Below, piece after piece: positions 26,618 through 39,384 of a stretch of DNA of 64,000 bases. The notes under the pieces were generated by a model. That model ran no database searches. It worked only from the letters and a program-made list of their open reading frames with translations, and was not told the origin of the DNA. A program made the translations under genes and the position numbers. Where the stretch lies: positions 1,736,001 to 1,800,000 of the forward strand of contig NC_042997.1 of NCBI RefSeq assembly GCF_006345805.1. The letters run 5' to 3'. Position 1 is the first letter of the stretch. Every line of letters begins with the position of its first letter. The stretch comes from Octopus sinensis (Eukaryota).

Positions 26618-26931
26618 AGTGGCTGTGTGGTAAGTAGCTTGCTAACCAACCGCATGGTTACAGGTTCAGTCCCGGGCCGACCAATGCCTTGTGAGTGGAT
26701 TTGGTAGACGGAAACTGAAAGAAGCCTGTCGTAATATATATATATATATATATATATTATGTGTGGTGTGTGTGTGTGTGTGTGGTGTGTGTGTGTGTGT
26801 GTCCCTAGCATGCTTGACAACCGATGCTGGTGTGTTTACGTCCCCGTCACTTAGCGGTTCGGCAAAAGAGACCGATAGAATAAGTACTGGGCTTACAAAG
26901 AATAAGTCCCGGGGCTTACAAAGAATAAGTC

Positions 26932-26932
<1 letters not shown>
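26618..26932 (+). mobile_element. tRNA-derived SINE family D with internal TA/TG microsatellite
   Basis: agtggctgtgtggtaagtagcttgc...ggttcagtccc head; body gcttgacaaccgatgctggtgtgtttacgtcccc. Has an internal deletion relative to the copy at 63690-63827 and ends in a 23-bp duplication (gggcttacaaagaataagtcc x2). Confidence 0.88.
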
Positions 26933-26962
<30 letters not shown>

Positions 26963-27542
26963 GTACACAAACACACTGTGACATACGTACACACACAGCC
27001 AAACACACACACACACATTCACACACACACCACGCACACACACATACACACACACACCACGCACACACACGCGCGCACATATAGTTTAACTTTGTTTCAG
27101 GGAAATAAAGCTCCTAGTCTATTATGCCGGTCACCGTCTAATGAAGCTGACTAGCGAACCAGTTTGTCGGGGTCGGATCAAGATTTGCGCATATAATGAA
27201 GCATAAATAATTCTTTGATGGAATTTATAAACATTTAATTGATCGCTTCGCGGGGTACGACAAATCTCATAACTCTTAAGATCCTAGTCCGCATTTCTTG
27301 GATGATTACAATGTAGTCTGTAGTATCCGTGGACATCCAGTTCATCATCATTTTTTATTCCTTTCTTCGGGCGATATAACATCAGTGGACGTACCACAGA
27401 AGGATGTTTGTCCTTTTTTTTTTTACCAGTATGAAGATCAAGCAAGTTATGTGGATATTTCTTTGTGTATCTGGTGTGGAAAAGGGGAAGGTGGCGGACA
27501 TGGAGGAAAGAATGGTAGTAATATGGGGATGGAGGTGTTTGT

Positions 27543-27790
27543 CGTCTACGAAATCATCTCCCAGCATTTTCGTATATAAATAAAAGACACTCCAATCCTT
27601 TATCGAAACTCTTCCTGAGACACAAACAATATGGAGTGGAAGATACGACCCACTGGTCCATTATAAAAAATGCTGCGCCATATAACGGAATATCACAGAT
27701 ATGCAACCTATACCTAGAAGAAACCCTGGAAATAGTCACATCCAGGTAAACGTGGTAAATAGCCACTCTGAGGTAAAGATTAAAAAAACT
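27543..27790 (+). pseudogene. Relic of the C-terminal GIY-YIG endonuclease region of a Penelope-like retroelement (Naiad/Neptune-like)
   Basis: Manual translation RLRNHLPAFSYINKRHSNPLSKLFLRHKQYGVEDTTHWSIIKNAAPYNGISQICNLYLEETLEIVTSR*, then after a frameshift NVVNSHSEV. Fits the recalled PLE pattern R..NH..SF....ST.LSK...WSI...A.Y......CNLCL.EK..I....N.RSE. Confidence 0.75.
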
Positions 27791-27796
27791 TCATAC

Positions 27797-27876
27797 CTGG
27801 AGTTTGAAAAATTATTTTAAAAGGAAATAACACATAGCTGGAGTTTGAAAAATTATTTTAAAAGGAAATAACATAG
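27797..27876. repeat. 41-bp tandem duplication
   Basis: ctggagtttgaaaaattattttaaaaggaaataaca(ca)tag occurs twice. Confidence 0.95.
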
Positions 27877-28647
27877 TATACGACAGCAGAGGAAACCAAA
27901 CAAATAAACAAACCAATCAATATTCAAGATGCTATACACTATACGAACAGAAACAATTGAAAATGTCACCATCGTAATGTCGCATTTATCAATTTAGTCA
28001 ACAAACCCCACTGTTAAATATAGCAGTAGTACCTGATGACCTACTGAGATCAGAATTTATTGAAGTTAGTCATGCTTCAAGTGAAATCAAACAAAATAAT
28101 GTACTACACATCCTTAACATCCGCTGAATGAATGGCAAAATAAATCCAACACCACCACACACACCTCCATCCAAATATAAGTCCAAATCTTTCCTATATT
28201 TCTATCACTTTCCACTCCTCCCAACGCAAACAGGAAAATAACATTGATATCTCTTTTTAACAGATATAAGTTCCTATGTTACTTAAAATTTTATATGATG
28301 AACGTCAATTTTTTTACGATGAACTTTCCACCGGAAGAACTCTCCGTGGCCATCCCCTCTGTCGATGCAATGACTAGCTGGAACAAAGCTTAAAATTGTC
28401 CGGAATCGATCTCAACGCCTGAGAGATTGAAAGTCAGACAGCCCCGGCTGGCATTATCCAATGTACACATTTTGAAGCTGAACAACAGAGGAAACAAGAG
28501 AAATGGTTAGAAAGAAAATGAAGAGCCTTCGCCACTGATCGTTGCCACTGACTATGCCATCAGAGACATAAACATACGCAGAGGGGATACATCAGTCGGG
28601 AAGCCAAATAAGTTATCTGACAAACGCTAAAATGCCGAAGATATATT

Positions 28648-28876
28648 TGGTATAGTGGTTAAGGTGTTGCACTCACAATTGCGAGATCGTGGCTTCGATT
28701 CCAAGACCGGAGTTGTGTTCTTATTTCGACATCTGAAACGTGCCACTTGTTGCACCTGTACAGGTAATGCCGATCTGATGGAGGGAGCGAGCTTATGTCA
28801 ACACAAATAAATCATCTATGTGATTGTTCACTAAGAAATTGGCGAACGCTCATACATCGTCTAAGAACGGGAGAGT

Positions 28877-28883
<7 letters not shown>
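28648..28883 (+). mobile_element. Degenerate tRNA-derived SINE (head B-like + tail W)
   Basis: tggtatagtggttaaggtgttgcactcac...ggcttcgattcc A/B boxes; runs into (TA)n. Confidence 0.7.
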
Positions 28884-28907
<24 letters not shown>

Positions 28908-28918
28908 CGGGAGAGTCC

Positions 28919-28999
<81 letters not shown>

Positions 29000-30554
29000 T
29001 ATATGACTGTTCTTTACAATTTGATTTTTTTTTACTTATATGGCTCTGATTCACATAAACAGAGATCTGACACTACCTGTGTATATTTCAGCTCAATGAT
29101 TCGAATTTGTATCGAGGGTGAATCGAGTAGAAATTACTGGGAAATCAGTTTATCCATTATTTTCCTTCAACTCTCGGGGTATTTGTTTCGCCTGGTTTTG
29201 AAATATATTGTGTTTATATTTTTAAGACTGTACATTTTCAGAAGGACTCTCGTCGAAGTACCACATCTTAAAAGTGTTTAACATCAAGAAAACATTTAGT
29301 GTGTGTCACTGATATTATATATATTATATATATAATATATATATTATATAATATATATATTTATTTATTAACCGATAGATAGGTAGATAGATAGATCTAT
29401 ATGTTCTACATATAAATATATAGAACAGAATGCATGCAATTATATACATTTACTTACATATCTATCAACATACGTAGTTAAACATACGCATTCATCAATT
29501 TTGTTTGATTTTTTTTCCTTTAAGAAGTAAATAGAAAAATGTTTTAAACACAATTTTTTTTATATCTCCCTGATCTTAAAATTTGGGATCGATCTCATTA
29601 TTTCCCAGTCTGTTTAGGCTTTCATCTCTGTGAAGATATCCATCGCCTGAACACGTAAACACACACACACACACACACCAAACGCTCAAAAAAATGTAGT
29701 GCAGCTTTCAGGAATTTATTCGCTATATAAAATAGAACACAGTGAAACTTCTCTATCTTGTTTACTTAACACTACAGGATCAGATGTGTGGTTCATTGAT
29801 TTATTAATGACGCACTGCAGAGTTGTTTTGAAATGTAATCTAATGTATCATTTTCATAAACGTACACTTTTGGCTTAGGCATGAAAAACATCTTTAGTGG
29901 TTCACGTGTAAGAGTTTATCTTCCTACGTGTAGAAAAATAGAATCACTCTCACTAGTTTCCACTTCATCATATCATTTAACATACTTCATTGAGAGTATA
30001 CCTAACTTCTGTTCACAGAAGGATTCAAGTATTTATACTATATATAAAATTGGTAGGTGTTACACTGCATCGTCTTTTGGAAATAATCTTGTATGTAATT
30101 ATTTCATACCTTAGTAAAAAAATGTACATGAACGTGCATTTAGCTAACTTGAAATAATCATCTAAAATAATAAGTTAGTTATGCTGTTTAGATATTGAAC
30201 AAGTTATCCCACACTGAAATATAAAAAAACAAATGTTTATACCCGCCATTCTTAGTTGTGCATGCGTTTGTAAACATTACAAAGTTCTTAACCATTTAGC
30301 CTTCCTTTTTTCAAACTACAACAATTCCTTTCTGCTTTGAATGTTATACAAGACGAAAACCAGTATTTTGGAAGCTACATTTTTTGAAGATAAATATCTA
30401 TACAGTTTACTTTTTAATGCGGAAATATAATTACACTATTATCATAAATTTTTAACGGATATTACATTTCAAAGTACACATATTCGTAATATCTCATCTC
30501 TCTCTCACTCACTCACAAACACGCGCAAGCACATACACAGACACACACAGACAT

Positions 30555-30585
<31 letters not shown>

Positions 30586-31097
30586 CACACACATAATCTA
30601 GTCGTTCGAATTTCGCGCTCCCTAATTTTACTAAAAACGAACGTAGTACTTAACAGAGAATTGTTACCAAGGAAATAAGTATATTGTCTCTGTGAGAATC
30701 TTCTCAAAAGAAACATTCTATTGGGAGTAAAATTAACAAGCACAAAGTATGATTAGTAAATGATACACATGTATATAAAACTGGTACTTGTGAATTTCGA
30801 CAATGAAAATACCGATATTGAAAATAGTAATCGATATGTATATGATACTAAGAAACATAGGAATACTCAAATACATAATGAGATTGACTGTTGATGACGA
30901 TTGAATTGAAGGCAAAGTAATATAATCTTATAATTCTTTTCGATACCATGTTTTCAAATTTGTACAGTTAAAAATTAATTCGAAAATATATTATGAACTA
31001 CTAATGAGGTTTTTGATATAACATGTAAACTAAATACATGAATCAAGCATTAACCCCTTAACCAAATACTCAGGTTTCATATAAGTGTAAAAGCATG

Positions 31098-31151
<54 letters not shown>

Positions 31152-31919
31152 TGTGTGTGCATATAAGCTTAGATATCCCACATATATTTGATGCAGTCGA
31201 TAATTTAATTTAGGTGTAAAATATAAATTAATTTCCTTTTTTTCCCCGTGTTTGGTGGATTGTCTGTTCTTCATCAATAATTTATGCAGTCAAACCTTGT
31301 TAGTGTTACATAAACTATACTTAAGTTTAGCTTAAATTCAATTACTAGAAATTTCCATTGCAGCTTGTATAGAAATAGTTAAACTTCCTTAAGAACTAAA
31401 CATGAAAGGTGTTTGGGTGATGTTTTATGTATGTGTACATATACAGCTCATAAATATAGACGATGATTTCTTTTCAAATAGTCGCAAAGAGATGGAAACA
31501 AATATATATGTAGCTAACTTGACAGATACGATAAAATGAAGCTGTAATAAATTGATGTCTAGCGGATGAGGCAATGTAATTAATACACAAAATATATAAA
31601 GAACAAACAAGCAAACATGTTTCTTTAAATAGAATTTGGTGAAGTGTTATTTCCGTTCATACATAAATGTTATCAAACAGATTAATAAAATAAAATAAAT
31701 AAATACATAAGTTTTAAATTCTGCGAGTAAGGAAATTTAAAATAGATTGAATTGCCTATTTTAAATTAAAGCAGGAGCAATCAGAGAGCGCGCACCTCCG
31801 CCAAAATAACACCAATATCCCCTCAACGATTAGGCACAGATGATTTTTTAAATAAGAATATCTGAAATAAACACGACTGCTCATACAAACGAGCATAATA
31901 ATAATGAACCAGACCGCTC

Positions 31920-32360
31920 TTAAAGGTAAAAGAACAGAAGAATATGGAGGATTTCTTCAAGTCTCCTATCCTGATTCTGTGAGCTTTTGTAGTTTCCTCC
32001 CGGAAACGTGCGGTTGAGCATTGTCATAAAAAATAATTGAACCACACCGATTAACAGTGCATTTTGCTCAAGTGAAGATACATTTCTACCGGTTGCTAAA
32101 AGTAAATTTCCTATGTAATGAGCATATGTAATGTTAGGTTTAGAAAGCTGTATTGTTTTCAAATGCTGATCATCAAGGGTGGATGGGCATCCTCTACCGT
32201 CTTGATCAACATGGTTCCCATGTCCACTACGGAATCTCTCAAACCACCGTTGCACCGTCCGACCTCTAGTGGAACCTTCACCCCATGCTTTGCTGATATT
32301 GGCGGCTGTTTTGGAAGCATTGTGTCCAAGTTTTAATTCATGCACAAAAGTAAACACATT
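31920..32360 (-). mobile_element. Mariner transposase relic (Mos1/Hsmar1-like), internally deleted
   Basis: HTH region HELKLGHNASKTAANISKAWGEGST..RTVQRWFERFRSG. Another frame reads VNRCGSIIFYDNAQPHVS..KLQKLTESG*..PPYSSVL, matching the mariner HDNARPH and YSPDL motifs. Confidence 0.9.
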
Positions 32361-33921
32361 TTTGCTTTTTCAAGCTTGAATTTAAGGATTTCTACTATCT
32401 AAAATTATATTTCGAAAGAAATTAATAAAAAAATCATTAAAGGGTACACATCAACAATTAAGTAAGTAAGATTTTCTCTAAATCACTTCAAATATAACGC
32501 CTTAAATTGAATTTGAAAAGCAAACACGATACTGAATTATTCTCCGTCATACGTCTACGACCCTACCTCTTTTATTTTAAAAGTAAAGATAAACACTTTT
32601 TAATTGCGATAATGAAACAAGTGGTTGAGTTCTTAGCGCCAAAATCAATTTCTCGTGCAGAAGAGAGGGTGACATGTTCTCTCTTTTTCAATATTTATTG
32701 GAAGAGAGAATATGTTGTTATCAAAAACGTTGGGATTAATCCAATGAATTGGCAGCAAGGTATGTAAAAGTACTTTTCTCATCAAAACTTCTGTGTACGA
32801 TCCTGTCGCGCGCGCATTGACTCCAACACTTACAAGCAATTCTTGCTTCCAAATAAACATAATTGTGACGGGACCAAAATTTGGGACATATCTACAATAA
32901 CAACATGCCCACTAAAAACTAACCTTAACTCTATCCCTAAACCATAAACGTGTTTACAGCAAGGCCGGCGCTACGCACCTGTCACCCCTTCAGTTGCAGG
33001 GTTTCTCCGTGAAGAACTGGAATTACTATAATGTAAAACTTAAAATTCGATGTTAGACAACGTAATTTTTATAAGAAAAAAGTCGGAAGGTTTCTAAATA
33101 ACGAAAGCATTTCATACGGACGCCCGACCGATAAAAACTCTTATTACATTGATATAAGTTATTTATTCATTAGGTTCTTTAGTTAATATACACTGTAGGA
33201 TATCTTTCATTTTAATAAATTTTAAATTTCAATATTCCCGTGACATTAGTTAGATATGTCGACATGAGTTGTTTCAAATAATTGTTCGTGGGATGGACCT
33301 AATAATATTAGCTAGTGTACACTCGATATTTCAGATCTAAATTCGATAAGACTATTTCTACTTGCATAGGAATTACAAAATGTTATATCTTGATAAAATT
33401 CCAATACATATTTTTGGGTATTTTTGAAACAACTCGCCTTGTTAACACTTGATATTTCACATTTAAATCTGATGTGAGTATTTATTCTTGGATATGGATT
33501 AAAAATTAATATATGCTGATAACTTACATTCCCTATTTTAAAATTCTTCGAGCAACTCGACTGATTATCACTGAATATTTCTATTTTAAATCAAATGTGA
33601 ACAACCATACTTGGATAGAGATATTAAAAAATATTGTATACTAATAACTAACATTACATACAACTCGGTAAAGGAGGGGACGACACCTTCCCTCCTAGAC
33701 GGGTGGCTGCGGCACCTTTCTATACACTTCCCTATACCTTTCTCAGTTATACCACCGGTTAAAGTGGAAGGGTTTGAGGAACCTCTCCCCTACCCTTCCA
33801 ACCACCCCTCAACCTCTCATGACCATCCACCTTAACCCTCCTATTACACGCCCTCCATGGTAGTATTTCGTTACGTCGATAGCAGAAAGCGAATGAAAGG
33901 AGAAAGAGAAAGATGGACGTG

Positions 33922-33955
<34 letters not shown>

Positions 33956-34099
33956 CGAGAGAGAGAGGGAGAATTTGAGTGAGTAAAGGTGTGTTATAAT
34001 GTGTAAGTGACACACTCTCTCTCCCTCTGTCACACATACACACAAAAGCTGTGTGTATATGTATCTATATATGTACCTGTATATGAAAGGTAGTGTGTG

Positions 34100-34560
34100 C
34101 GTGTGTGCGAGTTAGAGTGAGTGCCACTTACACATGCATGCAAAACAATACATAGATGACAACACCCATCTTCACTCACTCTCTCTCTCCCTCCCTCTCT
34201 CATACACATATACGAAAAAGATTTATGCATATGTAGTGATGTATGTACGTTTATATGAAAGACAGTGAATGAGCGAGAGAGTGCCACTCATATATGCTTG
34301 ACAACACACACCTTCACTCTCTCTCTTCCTCTCTCTCTCACTCTCTCTCTCACACACACAGAGCACATACAAAAAAGAAATACGCATGTACGTGCATCTG
34401 AAAGATGAGTATGTGCGAAAGACAGGGAGAGAGAGAGAGAGTGCCATTTACACATACATGCAGAAATATACATGACAGCACCCACCTTCACTCACTCACT
34501 CACTCACTCCCCCGCTCACTCTCTCTCTCTATCTCTCACACGCACGCAGACTTCCATTTC
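34100..34560. repeat. Degenerate ~160-bp tandem repeat (3 units) built from GA/CT/CA tracts
   Basis: gagtgcca(c/t)t...tgaca(a/g)cac...cttcactc recurs at ~34119, ~34279 and ~34439. Confidence 0.7.
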
Positions 34561-35039
34561 ATATACACTTACATACATCTTTTACTTTCCCCTCTGACTA
34601 TCTGCTCTCACATCAAAGAAAATGTCGCCTTCCAAAGAGATTAAAGAATTAACATTTTTTCATAGAAATTCACGAAATATGATTCCACATGATCAAGCTT
34701 CACATCTTTTCTCTTTGTTACGAAGACATATCCCCACACCCACACCGGTCTAAAGTTGTACATGTACATACTTGTCTTTGGAAAGGCTTACAGGCAATAC
34801 CATGCACCCTTCACGAGCCAAGATAACTTAATTTTTCTTGCAAAAGCGACAGTGGCATTTTATCTCTTTTTTCAATATTTAATTAGAACAGAGAATATGT
34901 TGTTAGCAAAAGCATTAAAACCGTACGAACGCAATCGATATGTCACTGAACCAGGATTTTAATTTCATTTAAAACACAATTTGTTATCATTTATATGGAG
35001 AATTGTAACAGCAACACAAGCTACACTGTGGTGAGAGAG

Positions 35040-35700
35040 TACCATCTGTAAATGATCTCAAAAAGCAGGTGTTTCCAAACATTGCACAAAACTTTAGCAA
35101 CAGTCTATGGCTAAGCGAGCGAACCATCTTAGTTCTACGTAATGATGCTGCCGACAGAATCAATTAGAATCGCTTGCAGCTGTTGCCAGGACCAGAACAG
35201 TCTTTCAAATCCATCGACACTGTCATTTATTGGGACGAAGCTGTAATTTTGTAAACTGTATTCCTGAACACACAACAGACATCCGGGATACCAACACACA
35301 AATTAACACTGAAATAGGAGCCCCAAACATGCTGCTTAGAAATCTATATCCACTTCGTCTTTGCAATGGCACCAGACTGGTGGTGAAATCTGTGTAACAT
35401 CAAGTCCTAGGAGCAGCAATTATTACTGGGAAATATAATGGAGAAGATGTCTTCATTCCACGGATCCTGTTTATCCCACCTGATCTCCCTTTTCAATTTA
35501 AACGATTCCAATACCCACTGAAACTGAGTTTTGCTATGACGATAAACAAATCTCAAGGACAATCTCTCAAGATTGTTGGACTTAATCTTGCTTCTCTTTG
35601 CTTCTCTCATGGAGAGAATATTCGTGAGTTGGAGGTCCTAGAGCTCATTTTAGGCGCATCCCAATTATAGAAAACATTGTATATTTAGAAGTTCTACAAA
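35040..35700 (+). pseudogene. Helitron PIF1-like helicase C-terminal relic
   Basis: WLSERTILVLRNDAADRIN; SGIPTHKLTLK/GAPNMLLRNLYPLRLCNGTRLVVK; VFIPRI..PDLPFQFKRFQYPLKLSFAMTINKSQGQSLKIVGLNL...FSHG; RNIVYLEVL. Contains stops and frameshifts. Confidence 0.92.
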
Positions 35701-35741
35701 ATAAAACTGTGATTGATTTCAGGATTTGTTTTAATAACTGT

Positions 35742-35821
35742 TTATTTTAACTTCATGTGAAGTTATTTTAACTTCACATTGTGAAGTTATTTTAACATGA
35801 AGTTATTTTAACTTCATGTGA
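35742..35821. repeat. ~21-bp minisatellite, 4 units
   Basis: Variants of ttattttaacttcatgtgaag in tandem. Confidence 0.9.
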
Positions 35822-35920
35822 TAGAATTTTTCTGAATATATATTTTCTATCAGAATATATATATTTCTTACTTTTAACATTCTTCAAACTTCTGAGCAAT
35901 GCAAAAATATTAAAAAGGCT

Positions 35921-36299
35921 TATTAGCAATTAAAGCCTGAAATTAATAGAGATCGCAAAAGTGACGGAGGGTGCTGACTAGCACCGCTTATGCTACAATA
36001 AAAGTTACATTAATTCCAAAGCCACTAAAGCGCTATACCTAATGACTGACAAAGGGAGGTAAAGCCCAAGCATATATAGCCATATCGCGATTTCGAATTT
36101 TGGTCTAGATCTCTTCAATTCTCCTCAGCGGATGTTAACGCCTAGGGATTAACTCAACTTCCTTTTTTAATCCTATAAGAAAAGCTGTTGAAAACATATG
36201 TTGATTTTCAAACGGTAGAAGTGTAAAAAATAAATAAAGAAGGTGGCATATTAGCAATTAGAAACTAAAGGCAAACTTAATAGTGGTCACAAAAGCGAC
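35921..36299 (-). mobile_element. Short hammerhead-bearing PLE pseudo-LTR-like element with terminal redundancy
   Basis: tattagcaatta...ttaatag..g.tc.caaaag.gac occurs at 35921-35965 and 36249-36299 (period ~328 bp), with an HHR in between. Confidence 0.65.
36078..36133 (-). ncRNA. Type I hammerhead ribozyme motif
   Basis: Minus strand reads atccg CTGAGGA gaatt-(17 nt)-aattc GAAA tcgcga TA tggct. Perfect CUGANGA/GAAA core, 5-bp stem II closed by G-C, palindromic stem III (atcgcgat), stem I with one mismatch. Confidence 0.8.
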
Positions 36300-37170
36300 A
36301 TACATATGTATGTGTGTGAAGGTGTGTGTGTGTGTGCGTGCGTATATATGGATATGCATGTGTGTATGTGAATGACATACGTGTCTATCATCATACAATA
36401 CATCCGGATGTAATAATATGAGGATTTTCTGACAAATTATTTACAGTAATGAAATTTTTATTGGTGCAATATTTTATTTACCCCCCCCCAAAAAAAAAAA
36501 TGCGTAAGTTGAAGATTTCTGAAAAATTGTCTTTCATTTAACTGTATCATTCAGCTCCCATCTTGCCTACGCTCAATTAGAAATCGAGCTGATATCATCC
36601 AAAAGCATTATAGGAAATCCCCTACAGTAGCAATACTTCGCCTTTTATGCGACCTTCATTACTCCTTCAACCCAAATCCTTCAACCAATGGAATTTTAAC
36701 GCTGAACGTGACACATCTTCCACTTGACCTCATGTACGAGTTTACTCCTGACATCTTGATTTATATACACCTGATTGAATTCAAACTATCATAAATTTCC
36801 TTTAGCAAGCCGGAAAATTTTCTGCACTCAGAATTTGCTCTTCTGTCATATTCTAACTACAAAATCACAAACACTTTCTGCGCAGAACTACATTTATACC
36901 GCAAGGTCTTCCAGTATAGTTAACAACATGTGGAAGATTCATTACAAGAAGTCATACAATCAAATTGAATGTGCTCTGATAATGCGTAGTAAGCTGGTAT
37001 TTAAATCACTGAGAAATGCATTTTTTTTAGGGACAGTGCTAATACTATCCTAGACATGGTCTCATGGGAATGACGTCGTTATTATCTAATTGTGCTTAGC
37101 GTTACTATTATTCAAGGTACTACTAAATTGCTGCGATGCATTCTCATTAAACATCTGCTGTCGTATAGGC

Positions 37171-37198
37171 AGTAATCTGCTTTTAATTGAGTATATAT

Positions 37199-37273
<75 letters not shown>

Positions 37274-37311
37274 CATATATATATATACATATATATATAC
37301 TATATATATAC

Positions 37312-37379
<68 letters not shown>

Positions 37380-37503
37380 TATATATTCACACACACATAT
37401 ATATATATATAACGACTTATAGTTTGTGAATTATATAAAAATTAGCAATCTACTTTTAATTGAGTAATATATATATATATTATATATATATATATAATAT
37501 ATC

Positions 37504-37557
<54 letters not shown>

Positions 37558-37559
37558 CA

Positions 37560-37600
<41 letters not shown>

Positions 37601-37615
37601 TATACATACACACAC

Positions 37616-37652
<37 letters not shown>

Positions 37653-37696
37653 CTATATAACGACTTATAGTTTGTGAATTATATTAAAAAATGAGC
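37171..37696. repeat. ~270-bp tandem duplication enclosing (TA)n tracts
   Basis: aatct(g/a)cttttaattgagta at 37174 and 37447; taacgacttatagtttgtgaattata at ~37410 and ~37658. Confidence 0.9.
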
Positions 37697-39209
37697 ATAC
37701 TCTCATTTTGGCACGAACCTACCCGTATACTCAGTTTTGATAAATTTTAATTCAAGTGTCAAAACATTCAGAGGATTGACATTCATTGATTCTCACTGGA
37801 AAAAAGTGTTTTCTATTACATCATTTCGAGTTATTATATTTGTAGTGTTCTTATCAGCTGTCTAGAAAAAAAGAATATTAAACCTTAGATACGTTTTAAG
37901 AAAGCTTTATCAACCAAAAGAAAACTCCATGTTCTATAAGTTGCGTTAATGAAACAAAATGGCCATTTTCAATATGTATTATACTCTTACCTTAGAAAAA
38001 GGATTCACATTTTGTTGTCATGATAATATTCACTCTCCAACAGTATGCTAAAATATATTTTACTTGACATTCATCCTACGCCGTCCTACATTCAAAAACT
38101 ATTATCAGCTAAATTCGTCTCTGCCCCTGTCTCTATACGTATGTGTGTATGTATGTATGTAGTTTTATAATTGTCTGAGCTCTAACTCGTGCTACACTGG
38201 ACCAGTCATTTAGCCCGTACATTATCAAATATTTCCTCATAAAATACTTTCGTCTACATTACTGGATAGTGCATACAAACTATTTACTGCACAGCGTTTA
38301 CTATGGTTACTATTTCTTTTTCTTTGTCATATAAAGTAAGATTATTTTCCCCCGGGGATATATAAAGTGTTTAAGAAAGGTATTAACAGCCTAATGCGTG
38401 TAGATTTTAAAGAATTTTTTGCATGACCATTAAGAGATTAGATACGATCTTACCTGGGACAGAAAAATGACTATTTGAAAGAATCACACCGGCAGTGGTG
38501 CCTAAAATTCATTTGAAAGAAGTGTGTGTACGCACGTGTGTGTTCGTGTGTGTGTGCGTGTGTGTGTGTATCGATTAGAATGTAACATTATTCGACGAAT
38601 AGATAAGGTATGTTTTTTGTATGAAGCTACTACCCTTCACCATAAAAAGTACGCTGGAAACATTAATGTATTATTATACCACAAAATTATTTCATGTATG
38701 AAAAATTCAGCTTATCAATTTACTTCGATCTTGTACGTCTTTTATCGTACAATCCTGTTCTATCCTTGTATATTAGGACATGACTGAAAATATAACACAT
38801 CATCGCCTACTCTCTAATTCTCCGACAACATTGTGTCTGCAGGCGCGATCAGATTTTAGAGAAACATTCTGAATATATTATCCAAGGCACTACTTGAAGC
38901 AGCAGCTTATGTAATATAGTCCAAGGTGCCCACGCCTACGCTCTTGAATTCATGCACAAACGCATTTTCCATCTCGCCTTTTCTTCATTCATACTTATCA
39001 ATGTTTCCAACAGCTTCCCCATACATCAACCCCCATTCTATATAAATTCAACTAGTCATGTTGGGTATGTATGTAAGTACATATATTTATGTATAACATT
39101 CTAAATAATTATATATGTATGAATAAATATATATGCCAATGTATGTACATATATATATATATATACATAAATACTTACATATATGTAGGTATATGTATAT
39201 ATGCGTATG

Positions 39210-39248
<39 letters not shown>

Positions 39249-39272
39249 ATGTATATATATTATATATATATA

Positions 39273-39369
<97 letters not shown>

Positions 39370-39384
39370 TACACATATATACAA

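Noticed and set aside
27797-27876. CRISPR-like direct repeats (also 35742-35821 and 61755-61819)
   Set aside because: Head-to-tail duplications without spacers, in a eukaryotic context with no cas genes.
32915-32950. Telomere-like (CCCTAA) degenerate tract
   Set aside because: Too short and degenerate to call an interstitial telomere.
35040-35700. Host PIF1 helicase gene
   Set aside because: Intronless, frameshifted, C-terminal only and of Helitron-type sequence.
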